IMG/VR virus record: IMGVR_UViG_3300008740_000600
Span: 2,669-66,668 of that record
DNA length: 64,000 nt
Strand: one strand, 5' to 3'
Origin: a virus
Position 1 is the first letter of the stretch. Every line of letters begins with the position of its first letter. Below the pieces are notes generated by a model. It was not told the origin of the DNA. It ran no database searches and saw only the letters and a program-made list of their open reading frames with translations. A program made the position numbers and the translations under genes. Of the stretch, positions 18,018 to 28,038 are shown one piece after another.

Positions 18018-19130
18018 ATGTCCTCAAATCAAACAGAACACAGAACAGTAACTTCCGAAGGGGCTCGTAGGAGCATCTTAAAGGCGTTTGCTAAAAAACG
18101 TCCTATCTTCCTTTGGGGTCCTATGGGAATTGGTAAATCAGAACTTTCCCAAGGTATTGTCGATTCAGGAGAACTTGGTAATGCTTTACTAGTTGATCTT
18201 AGAATGGCACTTATGGAACCTACAGATGTTAAAGGTATTCCATTTTATAACAAAGACACAGGCACAATGGACTGGGCACCTCCAGTTGATTTACCTAGTG
18301 CCGAACTAGCCAAACAATATGATACTATTGTATTGTTCTTAGACGAGCTGAATAGTGCTCCTCCAAGTACACAGGCGGCGGCCTACCAGTTAGTTCTTAA
18401 CCGTAGGGTTGGTAACTATATACTTCCTGATAACGTGGTTATAATTGCCGCGGGTAATAGGGAGACTGATAAGGGTGTTGTTTACAGAATGCCTGCTCCG
18501 TTGGCTAACAGATTTTTACACTTAGAAATGAGAGTCGATTACGACAGTTGGTTGAACTGGGCCGTAAACAATAATATCCATTCAGATGTTATTGGTCACG
18601 TTACCGTTCACAAGCAAGACTTATTTGATTTTGATCCTAAAGGTTCAAGTCGTTCTTTTGCTACTCCAAGAAGTTGGACTTTTGTTAGTGAGCTAATTGA
18701 TGACGATGATCTTGATGATGAAACTTTTACTGATTTGGTATCAGGTGCCGTTGGTGAAGGTATTGCCGTTAAGTTTATGGCAACAAGAAAAGCTCGTAAT
18801 AAACTTCCTAACCCAACTGAAATTTTAGAAGGTAAGATTAAAGAGTTAGATCAGTCAGTTGAAATGTCAGGTCGTTATTCACTTACAATGTCTATGTGTT
18901 ATGAGTTAAGAGAAAGAGCTTTAAAGTCTAAAGGAACTTCTCAAAAATACATTGAAAACTTTTTAAGGTTTATGATGGACAACTTTGACGCTGAACTTAC
19001 AGTAATGGGAGCTCAGACTGCCATAGTAAGATACGGTATTAATGTTAAACCAAAAGAGCTACCTAGTTTTAACGAATTCCACGAAAGATTCGGTAAGTAC
19101 ATTAGAAAAGCTCGTTCAATGGAGGCGTAG
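18018..19130 (+). CDS. MoxR-like AAA+ ATPase
   Basis: Walker A GPMGIGKS, Walker B LFLDE, AAGNR, LANRF, TPRSW. Confidence 0.9.
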   Translation: MSSNQTEHRTVTSEGARRSILKAFAKKRPIFLWGPMGIGKSELSQGIVDSGELGNALLVDLRMALMEPTDVKGIPFYNKDTGTMDWAPPVDLPSAELAKQYDTIVLFLDELNSAPPSTQAAAYQLVLNRRVGNYILPDNVVIIAAGNRETDKGVVYRMPAPLANRFLHLEMRVDYDSWLNWAVNNNIHSDVIGHVTVHKQDLFDFDPKGSSRSFATPRSWTFVSELIDDDDLDDETFTDLVSGAVGEGIAVKFMATRKARNKLPNPTEILEGKIKELDQSVEMSGRYSLTMSMCYELRERALKSKGTSQKYIENFLRFMMDNFDAELTVMGAQTAIVRYGINVKPKELPSFNEFHERFGKYIRKARSMEA

Positions 19131-19135
19131 GAAAT

Positions 19136-20437
19136 ATGTCACATACTACAGCACCATCAACTAAAGATAAGCCACTTTGCGAAGTTGGATTTGAAACTGA
19201 TTTCGCTTTAGATCTTAAAGTACGTGAGCAATTAATTCAAGCAAGAATTGGCTTACTTATTTTACATCCATTTTACGGTAACCTTGCTTTAAGGCTTAAA
19301 CTTGTTAATGCTGATGCTTGGTGTCCTACCGCGGCCACTGATGGTAGAAACTTTTTCTACAATACTAAATTTATTCAAAAATTACCAGATGGTGAAATTC
19401 TATTTTTAATGGGACATGAAATACTTCATGTAGTTTATGATCACCTAGGACGAAATGATGGACGTGATCCACAGTTATCAAACATTGCCGCCGACTATTG
19501 TGTTAACGGTGACTTGGTAGAAAACAAAGTTGGTAAGCCAATTGAAGTTGTTCCTATTTTACACGATACAAAATATAAAAATTGGTCATTTGAAAGAGTA
19601 TATGATGATCTTTATGAGAATGCTGAAAAAATTGATATGGAGTCTTTGTTAGACAAAGTATTAGATGAGCATTTAGATAACGAAGAAAATAAAGACAGCA
19701 ACGGTGGTGGTAGCCAAGAAACAGATAAAAACGGAAACCAAATTAGTAAAAGTAAGCCTAAGATGTCTGAAGAAGAACGTAGACAAATTAAAGACGAAAT
19801 GAAAGAGGCTGTTATAAATGCGGCACAGGCGGCCGGTGGTGCTCAAGCTGGTAATATGCCTGCTAACATTAAAAGATTAATTCAACAATGGACTGCTCCT
19901 AAGATGGATTGGAGAGAATTACTTCAACAACAAATTCAGTCAACTGTTAAAAACGATTTTACTTTCCAAAGACCAAATCGTAGAAGTTGGCATATTGATG
20001 CTGTTCTTCCTGCTATGGATTATGATGAGAAAATTGATGTTTCAGTTTGTGTTGATATGAGTGGTTCAGTTTCAGATACTATGATTAAAGATTTCTTTAG
20101 TGAAATTAAAGGTATTGTTGAAATGTACGAAGATTATAAAATTGATCTTTGGACTTTTGATACAGACGTTTATGGTTATAAAACATTTGATCCAACTAAC
20201 ATAGATGAACTTTTAGACTACGAGCCGATGGGTGGTGGTGGAACAGAGTTTGAAGTTAATTGGAAATTTATGAAAGACAACGAAATAATGCCTAAGAAAT
20301 TAATTATGTTCACAGATGGTTATCCTTGGGGTAGCTGGGGTGATGAAAACTACTGTGATACAGTTTTTGTTATTCACGGTGCTAAAGATATTGAAGCACC
20401 ATTTGGTGTTACTGCCCATTACGAAGATCACAAATAA
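19136..20437 (+). CDS. metallopeptidase-like + vWA domain protein (MoxR partner)
   Basis: TAATDG, HEILH, MIDAS DMSGS, GGGGTEF, FTDGY. Confidence 0.88.
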   Translation: MSHTTAPSTKDKPLCEVGFETDFALDLKVREQLIQARIGLLILHPFYGNLALRLKLVNADAWCPTAATDGRNFFYNTKFIQKLPDGEILFLMGHEILHVVYDHLGRNDGRDPQLSNIAADYCVNGDLVENKVGKPIEVVPILHDTKYKNWSFERVYDDLYENAEKIDMESLLDKVLDEHLDNEENKDSNGGGSQETDKNGNQISKSKPKMSEEERRQIKDEMKEAVINAAQAAGGAQAGNMPANIKRLIQQWTAPKMDWRELLQQQIQSTVKNDFTFQRPNRRSWHIDAVLPAMDYDEKIDVSVCVDMSGSVSDTMIKDFFSEIKGIVEMYEDYKIDLWTFDTDVYGYKTFDPTNIDELLDYEPMGGGGTEFEVNWKFMKDNEIMPKKLIMFTDGYPWGSWGDENYCDTVFVIHGAKDIEAPFGVTAHYEDHK

Positions 20438-21018
20438 TGAGCAATTTTAAACAATTATATTTTGAGAAATTTGATATGGCTTCGGCCTTATCAGATTTAA
20501 GTGATTTGACCCTAGGAGATGAGGACACTCCTAAGGGTCAAATTTGCTTAAATTCTGTACCGGGACACGAAGACAATCCATTTTATGGATATGGTGGTCT
20601 TTGGAAAGATTGGCCAAACCAAAAAACTGTTACACACGACGATGGTACTAAAGAAACTATTGTTCCATGGAGAACAGAAGGTTTAAAAGAAGAAGATTTT
20701 ACAGTACTTTGTGACAGATTTAAAGGTACTGTATTTGAAGAAGCTTATAATGAATTAACAAGCAGATTTATAATTGGTAGAGTTAGGTTAATGACTATGG
20801 AGCCTAGAAAATGCTTAACATGGCATAAAGATACTAGTCCTAGAATACATTATCCTATTATTACTAGCCCAGGTAATTTAATGATTATTGAAGACGAAGT
20901 AAAGCATTTAGAATCTAATACTTGGTGGCTAGTAGATACTACTAAACATCACACAGCTCTTAATGGATCAAGTGAATCTAGGATTCATTTAGTAGCGGTT
21001 TTACTAGGTAAAAAATAA
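20437..21018 (+). CDS. aspartyl/asparaginyl beta-hydroxylase-like 2OG-Fe(II) oxygenase
   Basis: RVRLM, WHKD, RIHYPI, HTALNG, RIHLV. Confidence 0.75.
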   Translation: MSNFKQLYFEKFDMASALSDLSDLTLGDEDTPKGQICLNSVPGHEDNPFYGYGGLWKDWPNQKTVTHDDGTKETIVPWRTEGLKEEDFTVLCDRFKGTVFEEAYNELTSRFIIGRVRLMTMEPRKCLTWHKDTSPRIHYPIITSPGNLMIIEDEVKHLESNTWWLVDTTKHHTALNGSSESRIHLVAVLLGKK

Positions 21019-21320
21019 TGGAACTTAACCCGCATAATGTTTTAGGTGAAAGAATAGTTACTCTTTTACCACCTCATTTTACTAAAATAATTTTACCAGT
21101 AACTAATACTTGGCAATCAAGCGACATTATTAGGCGAATGAAATTTTGGATATATAATAACCTAGATAACAGGTTTTACATATCAGATGGCGAATCTGGT
21201 ATTTCAACTTTTGACTATCAATCCGACGAAGCTGGTATTACTATTGGCTTTGAAGATCCTGCTGAAGCAACATTTTTTAGTATTGCTTATCACGACGAGG
21301 GTGAAAACGAGTCTAACTGA
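21018..21320 (+). CDS. hypothetical phage protein
   Basis: LPPHF...WIYNNL..RFY...IGFEDPAEATFF. Confidence 0.6.
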   Translation: MELNPHNVLGERIVTLLPPHFTKIILPVTNTWQSSDIIRRMKFWIYNNLDNRFYISDGESGISTFDYQSDEAGITIGFEDPAEATFFSIAYHDEGENESN

Positions 21321-21907
21321 CTCTTCCACCAAACTTGATCAACCATACATTTCTGTATAACCATTGTCATTCCTGCTAAAAATTTCTCCGATGTATTTAA
21401 AGCATGACCTTCCCACATCTTTACACGAAGACCTTCATATAAAGTAAGCTCTTCTTCTCTCATTTTAGCTGTCAATTCCATTACTTGTTTTTCTGATAAT
21501 TCTTCGTCACTAGATATTGCTAAATTTCTTAATTGCTCTATTAATAAAACAATCCCATTAAAATAAGTTCGTAAGTAACTACGATAAGCTTCTACCATTT
21601 TTAATTGTTCTGGTCCTGACATAAAAAGCTGAGACAATCCATAATAATCAAGCATCATACGATCTTGTACTACATAGGCCGCCTGACAAGCTACTAATGG
21701 TGTGACCCAAGTAGTATATGTTTCAGGTGTTACAGGTGCTTTATCGGATTTCTCCCAAACATAATCTTGTTCTGTAATAACCATAGCATCAAGTGGATTA
21801 TTTGTGGTATCTATTGGTGATTCTGACAAATCACCGTTTGCTTGTGCCAAAAACGGCAATAATACCAGAAATACAATTAAATAAATCTTTTTTTTGTAAA
21901 TAAACAT
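21290..21907 (-). CDS. secreted hypothetical protein
   Basis: signal peptide from M at 21907; ATAAGTA upstream; lone minus-strand gene in the + block. Confidence 0.55.
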   Translation of the reverse strand: MFIYKKKIYLIVFLVLLPFLAQANGDLSESPIDTTNNPLDAMVITEQDYVWEKSDKAPVTPETYTTWVTPLVACQAAYVVQDRMMLDYYGLSQLFMSGPEQLKMVEAYRSYLRTYFNGIVLLIEQLRNLAISSDEELSEKQVMELTAKMREEELTLYEGLRVKMWEGHALNTSEKFLAGMTMVIQKCMVDQVWWKSQLDSFSPSS

Positions 21908-21975
21908 AGCATATAATGATTCCAAAAACTGTTTCATATATGTACTTATCAAAATGATTGAATGGAGATATCAAT

Positions 21976-22386
21976 ATGACAAAGGATAATAAAGAACAAA
22001 CAGGAACACCTGAGCCGATTACGGCTGAGAGCACTACTGCTCCGACAGGCACTAGTTCCGCCGCCCCAACAACTGAAGCACCTGAAGGTGCCCAAGTTCC
22101 ACAGGCAAATTTAACAATTGGTGACTTACGTTTGGTTGCTAGATTAGTACAAGTGTCTAGTGAACGTGGAGCCATCAGAGCAGATGAAATGGCTACTGTA
22201 GGAGATCTATATAATAGATTAGTCCAATTTTTAAATACAGTTGCTCCACAACCTGCTCCGCCGGCTACTGATGAAAAAGCAGAAGACGGTAAAAAGGAAG
22301 ATGGTCCGAAAACCAAATTCCAAGAAAAAATGGCTGAAGGAACTACAGACACAGCTAAAAAACCAGAAGACGATAAAAAAGCATAG
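21976..22386 (+). CDS. hypothetical protein with low-complexity termini
   Basis: GGAG RBS; LTIGDL...SERGAIRADEM..VG.LY core. Confidence 0.65.
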   Translation: MTKDNKEQTGTPEPITAESTTAPTGTSSAAPTTEAPEGAQVPQANLTIGDLRLVARLVQVSSERGAIRADEMATVGDLYNRLVQFLNTVAPQPAPPATDEKAEDGKKEDGPKTKFQEKMAEGTTDTAKKPEDDKKA

Positions 22387-22395
22387 GAGAATAAC

Positions 22396-23037
22396 ATGGC
22401 CTTAAATTTAAAACACGTCGGAACTCACAACAACAAAAAAGTTGTAGTTCTTTTTCGACAAACTCCTAACGAGGATCATATGGCGCTTGTGGCTTACAGT
22501 GAAAGTTTGCCGTCAACTGTTCATGATGCCGTTATGGAATGTGTGTCAAGTGATGTAGGTCAACAAGCTGAAAATCTTGCTGATGCTCTTCAAAGAAAGA
22601 CAATGCCCGATGGTCGTATTGCTTTAACGGCACTACACCAAGAAGGCTTTATTAAGAAAGTACAAACGAATCAAGTAATCATGAAGCCAAATGCTAAATC
22701 TACTGTTAGATTAGATGAGCTTAATGAAGTAGTCAATAAACTCAAAGAAGGTGGCGAAGCCGCTCAGAAAATGAGAGAAATTGACGCTGGCGCTGGTATG
22801 GTAAGTCCACCAGTTGGTGGGCGTGATGTTGGAGAACCTAGTAACGTTCCTCCTGCTACCGCATCAACAGGAACAGCCTTAGATGACAATTCTATTGCTG
22901 AAGGATTACTAAACCAAGCTAAAGGATTCGAAGACGAAGCGGTTAAGTTAAGGGAACAAGCATATAATTTGAACCCTGATCTAAGACCTCGTCGTGGTCG
23001 CCCGGCTAAGAAGACGGCGACTGATGTCACAGCTTAA
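22396..23037 (+). CDS. hypothetical phage protein with C-terminal AT-hook
   Basis: LKHVG start; RPRRGRPAKK. Confidence 0.7.
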   Translation: MALNLKHVGTHNNKKVVVLFRQTPNEDHMALVAYSESLPSTVHDAVMECVSSDVGQQAENLADALQRKTMPDGRIALTALHQEGFIKKVQTNQVIMKPNAKSTVRLDELNEVVNKLKEGGEAAQKMREIDAGAGMVSPPVGGRDVGEPSNVPPATASTGTALDDNSIAEGLLNQAKGFEDEAVKLREQAYNLNPDLRPRRGRPAKKTATDVTA

Positions 23038-23350
23038 TGATGATGGGCACTATGATAAGATAATTCAAAGAGCATGGGATAGGCTTCTTCGTGAAGTTTC
23101 AATGAATGATATCCCATTAGAATTACTTAATAAAGTGCTGATACATTTTAAAGATGGAACAGTTAAATCTGTTGATATTTCCGATATTGCTGACTCTAAG
23201 ACTGATTATCAGAAACTAGAGTCAGCTTTACAACGTCAACTAGACAAACTTCAAGATACTATAGCTCACGTTGACTGGGTTATTAATAGTAAAAAGATTA
23301 TGGATACTGTAGAAACAGCAAAAACTGAATTATTTAAAGATAAAAAATAG
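23023..23350 (+). CDS. hypothetical protein
   Basis: probable start MSQLND (approximate); IPLELL...FKDG. Confidence 0.55.
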
Positions 23351-23383
23351 GCAACCCGGAGCGGGAGAACTGTGAATTAATCA

Positions 23384-23920
23384 ATGAATAATACAAAACA
23401 AATAACCAATCCTACCGAACTAACCGAATTCATCGAACTATGTAGACACATGGGATTCTCTAATAATGAGAGCCTAAGTAAATTAAAGTGGCAATGGATT
23501 TTAGAGAATAAAGGTTCTTGGTGGGCTACAGTATTAAAAGATAAGACACATAGTAACATAGTAGCTCTAAGTGGTATACATACGTTTAAAAACGGATACA
23601 GAGCCCTATTTAGAGGTGTTCAAACGTTCCAAAGAAATGCTGGACTGAATAAATACCATATGTCCAGTTATCCTTTTGCCGAGCATTTGCCAAAACAAAT
23701 GGAATGGGCTCAGTCTAAATCAAACGATAAAGATGTTCCAATATATATTACTACTAATGTAGACAATGATGCTAGTGGTAAAATGCTAAGAATCAATAAG
23801 CTATTTCATTTATTAGAAAAAGCAGGAATAGTTAATTATGTAAATGAAGAAATAGTCTTCAATACCAAACAAACTATATGGGAAGTGAACAAAGAAACAT
23901 ATTATGAAAAATGTATTTGA
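23384..23920 (+). CDS. GNAT-like hypothetical protein
   Basis: IVALSGIH...YRALFRG pattern. Confidence 0.4.
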   Translation: MNNTKQITNPTELTEFIELCRHMGFSNNESLSKLKWQWILENKGSWWATVLKDKTHSNIVALSGIHTFKNGYRALFRGVQTFQRNAGLNKYHMSSYPFAEHLPKQMEWAQSKSNDKDVPIYITTNVDNDASGKMLRINKLFHLLEKAGIVNYVNEEIVFNTKQTIWEVNKETYYEKCI

Positions 23921-24137
23921 TATTGATATGAAACATTTAAAAAATGTAAAGACTGGTTATTTTAAACATTTGGCTTATGCTACCTATTATAACTTTTTGG
24001 CATTACTAATATTCATCACTGGAACAATACATAGTATTTTTCCATTTATGTTTGCTCTAACACCTTACAGAATAGCAAAGAAGATAGTAGATGGAACTGA
24101 AAAAAACTTTATCCAACATTCTAAAAGACGGGACTGA
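23904..24137 (+). CDS. DUF6356-like small membrane protein
   Basis: HL....GYFKHL..A...IHSIFPF. Confidence 0.55.
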   Translation: MKNVFDIDMKHLKNVKTGYFKHLAYATYYNFLALLIFITGTIHSIFPFMFALTPYRIAKKIVDGTEKNFIQHSKRRD

Positions 24138-24801
24138 TTTAAATTCTAGTGGTACTACAGGACCACAGAAAACAATCTTTCAAACTCCTGAAAAATTATA
24201 CTTCGCCAATCGAGCGGCCGTTGAGTGTCAAAATTTAACACCCGATTCAAAAGTATTTACAGTATGTAAAATGGCCCATGCTGGAGGACTACTCGCCCAA
24301 ACATTACCAGCTCACTCGATAGGGGCGTCTGTGACCGTCACAGCCTTTAATGCTTACAGTTTTTCACGAGAGATAGTCAAGTATACCCATACACATTTAA
24401 CGCCAGGACACGGTCGTATATTAGCTCTAACGAAGGGTTTTAGTAGCCTAGACTTAACTGGTATTCATGTTACTTGTGGAAGTGATCCTGTGCCTTGGGG
24501 AATGATAATATCATTTGTATCTAAAGGTGCTACATTTACAACCAATTGGGGAATGACTGAAGTTGGTCCATGTGCTATTAATACTACTTTTACTAATTTA
24601 GATCAAGTAGAAGATTTTAGATCAAGAAGTATTAAAGGTTCTACATTGATGGGACATAAAACATATTGTAGTGTTGATATACGTGATGGAGAATTATTTG
24701 TTAAAGGAAACATAAGTGTATACGGTGACAATTGGTTTGCTACTGGTGATATGGTAACTGTAAACGATAATGGTGAATTCTATTTTGATGGACGAAAGTA
24801 A
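24091..24801 (+). CDS. minimal ANL-family adenylating enzyme (acyl-CoA synthetase-like)
   Basis: SSGTTGPQK, WGMTE, GELFVKG, WFATGD, FDGRK. Confidence 0.8.
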   Translation: MELKKTLSNILKDGTDLNSSGTTGPQKTIFQTPEKLYFANRAAVECQNLTPDSKVFTVCKMAHAGGLLAQTLPAHSIGASVTVTAFNAYSFSREIVKYTHTHLTPGHGRILALTKGFSSLDLTGIHVTCGSDPVPWGMIISFVSKGATFTTNWGMTEVGPCAINTTFTNLDQVEDFRSRSIKGSTLMGHKTYCSVDIRDGELFVKGNISVYGDNWFATGDMVTVNDNGEFYFDGRK

Positions 24802-25555
24802 ATTAATATTTGTTAGTTTTGAACAAGGTACTGGTGGTCATGGTATTGCTAGAACACTATGTTCATTACCAGATGTTTATTGGTATAGTCACCCGGATAA
24901 TGGGAGGAGCCCTTGGAATATTGCTAGTGCCAAAAACAGTAATATACGCCAACGTAAGGTTGCTCCAAAGCATTTTGATCGCTGGATAAATGGCGTAAAA
25001 TTACCACCTATGTACGACTATGTAAAGGACTATTTCCCTGATAGCAAGTGGTATTTAAGAGCCATCTTTTGTCCTGCCATTGAAAAAGCACAGCGACAGA
25101 CGTCTAAAAAGCTGGTTTTTCCCACACATTTAACCCCTTTTCAGTTAAAGGGCTACTTTGGTACTAGTATGTGCTTAAACGTGCTGTACGACCCTTTAAA
25201 AGCGTCTAAACGGTATATTTTAACTACTAGTAAGTTCCCTGCTTATGTTAAACTCCCTGAAATAGTACCCAAAAACAACGAATATTTAAAGTGGTTAGAA
25301 TCTATACATATCCAAAAGCCAAACTTCACAATATCTGATGTTTGGGCTATGAAAAAACACAATGAACTATATAATGAAAAGTATGATGATGAATATCATG
25401 ATGAAATATATGGTTTTATGAAATCTCAACTTAATATACGAAAACAATGGTCTAGTCCAACTGTTTGTAATATTCAAGATCATAACGTTGATTGGAAAAA
25501 AGTAAAGGATTATTTGTTAAATATAAATGTTGGACAAGAAGAATTAAATGGCTAA
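24770..25555 (+). CDS. sulfotransferase-like/hypothetical protein
   Basis: IFVSFEQGTGGH N-terminal loop. Confidence 0.4.
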   Translation: MVNSILMDESKLIFVSFEQGTGGHGIARTLCSLPDVYWYSHPDNGRSPWNIASAKNSNIRQRKVAPKHFDRWINGVKLPPMYDYVKDYFPDSKWYLRAIFCPAIEKAQRQTSKKLVFPTHLTPFQLKGYFGTSMCLNVLYDPLKASKRYILTTSKFPAYVKLPEIVPKNNEYLKWLESIHIQKPNFTISDVWAMKKHNELYNEKYDDEYHDEIYGFMKSQLNIRKQWSSPTVCNIQDHNVDWKKVKDYLLNINVGQEELNG

Positions 25556-25766
25556 AAAAGAAAGAAAAACATATAAGATAGGCGCTCCAAAAAAGAAGCC
25601 TAAAAATAAAAAAGTGAAGAAATCAATCAATATTCCTGAAAAGAAAATCGTTAAAAAAGAAACTTCTTTCAAAGATCCAAATCCACCAAAGTTAAAAAAT
25701 AATGTGTTCGCTGAAGCATTTGCGAAGGCAGGATTATCTGCGGATGATTTTGGAAAAAAGAAATAA
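25548..25766 (+). CDS. lysine-rich small basic protein
   Basis: very K-rich; NVFAEAFAKAGL end. Confidence 0.55.
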   Translation: MAKKERKTYKIGAPKKKPKNKKVKKSINIPEKKIVKKETSFKDPNPPKLKNNVFAEAFAKAGLSADDFGKKK

Positions 25767-25767
25767 G

Positions 25768-26394
25768 CTACATAGGATAATCAAGTAAGAAAGTTTCTAA
25801 GCCCTGGTAAGTATCTTTACTCCAGTTAGAAAACTTATCCCACTCTTTAGGCGTTTCCCAATTTTCATTATTAATGAAAACAAATTGTGTCTCTGGATAA
25901 TGCTCAAATAATTTAGCATGATGATAAATCCAAAATTTAGGATCTACAGCATCAGCACTTTTCTTTTTATATCCATTTGTATCTGAATAAACATTATTCT
26001 GTTCATTGTGAGCATTCCCCCACATATCAAATCCTATATGGCAAATAATTTCATGTTTGTTTTGACAAGCTAATAAACATGAGTAGTGACCACTACCCCA
26101 ATGCTCTGCCTTATCGGCTTTATTAGGACCTAGGTAAGGTAGATCCGGTACTACTTGAATACTTGGATCATTATTCTCATCTAACCATCTTGCTCTAGTA
26201 TATAAGAATGATATTTTTTCTATACGATTGCTTGTTGCTTCTTTTAACATAACTTTATCACAACAAACAAGATAGTTAACCGGAAAGTCTCTGAATATAG
26301 CATTCGACCCGTATGTAACTCCTGCTACATTTAGTCGTCTAAGATCAAAGCCTATTCTACTTCTACCATTTCCTATAGCGAATGCTGGTCTCAT
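25768..26394 (-). CDS. glycosyltransferase-like (Maf/GT-related) protein
   Basis: IGNGRSR, YGSNAIFRDF, WGSG, IGFD. Confidence 0.55.
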   Translation of the reverse strand: MRPAFAIGNGRSRIGFDLRRLNVAGVTYGSNAIFRDFPVNYLVCCDKVMLKEATSNRIEKISFLYTRARWLDENNDPSIQVVPDLPYLGPNKADKAEHWGSGHYSCLLACQNKHEIICHIGFDMWGNAHNEQNNVYSDTNGYKKKSADAVDPKFWIYHHAKLFEHYPETQFVFINNENWETPKEWDKFSNWSKDTYQGLETFLLDYPM

Positions 26395-26585
26395 TTATCA
26401 AATGTCTCCATTAACAACGGTCCGAATGTTGTAAAACAATAACTCAAAGCAATTATAGTTATTACACCAAATATTAACCATTTCATTTTAAAGTCATCTA
26501 CAACCATTTTAAATCCTATAAGTTCATTGCCTAATACTCTTACAGCAAGTTCAATCTTTCCTTCATCTTCTTTACTTCCACTCAT
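26391..26585 (-). CDS. small membrane protein
   Basis: VRVLGNEL + C-terminal TM. Confidence 0.55.
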   Translation of the reverse strand: MSGSKEDEGKIELAVRVLGNELIGFKMVVDDFKMKWLIFGVITIIALSYCFTTFGPLLMETFDK

Positions 26586-28027
26586 TTAATATCCCCAAAT
26601 TTTGCCCAACGGGTATCACTGAGGCAAACCCAACCAACGGGCTTACCAATGTCCGGTTCTGTATTCCAATGTATATCACCAATTGAACCGGCATGACCAG
26701 GAACTTCTGAACCTTGTGTATATGTTCTATCATTTAAAACAGGATTCTTAATAATTGTTTCAGTAGATGTAATAGTTATTTTAGGGTCTCTATTAACACC
26801 TAACTCTAAAGAATGATCTCTACCAGTACCAACCCAACCTGTTTTTGCTTTACTCTTACCGAGTGTAATTTGTACTTCATCGTCCCATACATCTAACGGT
26901 GCTGTAGGATCATCTGTATTAATTCCTACTCTACCTAATGAAGAAAAATAAGTGCTGTTTAGTTTTGATTCACCCGCCACTTCAAGTTCTTTTAAAGTTC
27001 CTACTTTTCGTAGGTTTGACGATATGATGGTACCTCCCAAGGATTGTTCATCTAATACAGCTCTTTTTCCTATGTAAATACTTCCACCTTCAGGAACAAT
27101 GCTTTCTAAATTAATTTTAGAGTTCATATACTCTACTAAACTGTCTTTTAATGTATCCGGTATTGACATAACACCTCTAACATCTATGCCATCTAGTACT
27201 GTTAGCTTACCATGTACATCTACATTTTTACTTGCTGTTACATTGTCATGAATCTCTGTATTACCTTTTAATATAGAACCATTTTCTACTTGTAAACTAT
27301 CTGATATAACTTTACCTGAAAGAATAACACTTGTACCTTCAATCTTTCTAGCTGACAAATCACTATTAATAGATACAAGCCCATCTGTAACATTAACTTG
27401 AGTTGATGTTGCTTTATCTTCTATACCTAAACTGCTAAAGTTTTCAATCTTACCTGATTGTACTTGATCTTGAGGTATCTCAAAACCTTTCCAATTAATT
27501 GCACCATGTGGGATTTGACCATCATTAAATTTTACATCAATGCCACCAGTAAATTTAGTTACACCTTTAAATTCGTTTTCACCTTGTGTAGTTAGTTTGC
27601 CTAGCATTAATGTATTACCAGCAAACAATGATGATTCTGTAATTGATAAACTTTTAGCTTTTATTCTTTTTCCTACATCAATATTATCTTGGAGGGTAAT
27701 ATTTTTTGCTACTAAAGAATTTTCTATTACTACATTCTCATTAAGAACTGTAAGTTGAATCGATTCACTACGGTCATCTATTCCTGTACTTGTAAAATTT
27801 TTATGGATTTGCTTATAGCCTTCAAAATTAATTGATTCGGCTTTAATGCTGTTTTTAGGAAATGTATAATTTGTTAAAGAAGTCTTTAAATGATCACTAA
27901 CAAAGTCTCCAACTATCTTTTGGAAATCTAAACTTCGTAATGCTTTTATTACTGCTCCGTTTACTTGTCTAGTGACAGTCTCTTTAACAAGATCGGTAAC
28001 TACCCCATCGAGTGCTTGATTTTTCAT
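26582..28027 (-). CDS. probable virion/tail-associated protein
   Basis: internal repeat NF(T/S)S(T/L)GI(D/E)D, RVGINTDDP, GDIHWN...GWVC...WAKFG. Confidence 0.55.
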   Translation of the reverse strand: MKNQALDGVVTDLVKETVTRQVNGAVIKALRSLDFQKIVGDFVSDHLKTSLTNYTFPKNSIKAESINFEGYKQIHKNFTSTGIDDRSESIQLTVLNENVVIENSLVAKNITLQDNIDVGKRIKAKSLSITESSLFAGNTLMLGKLTTQGENEFKGVTKFTGGIDVKFNDGQIPHGAINWKGFEIPQDQVQSGKIENFSSLGIEDKATSTQVNVTDGLVSINSDLSARKIEGTSVILSGKVISDSLQVENGSILKGNTEIHDNVTASKNVDVHGKLTVLDGIDVRGVMSIPDTLKDSLVEYMNSKINLESIVPEGGSIYIGKRAVLDEQSLGGTIISSNLRKVGTLKELEVAGESKLNSTYFSSLGRVGINTDDPTAPLDVWDDEVQITLGKSKAKTGWVGTGRDHSLELGVNRDPKITITSTETIIKNPVLNDRTYTQGSEVPGHAGSIGDIHWNTEPDIGKPVGWVCLSDTRWAKFGDIK

Positions 28028-28038
28028 TGATTCTCCTA

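Noticed and set aside
21831-22397. 188-aa minus-strand ORF (also 22764-23030)
   Set aside because: Antisense to well-supported plus-strand genes with RBS.
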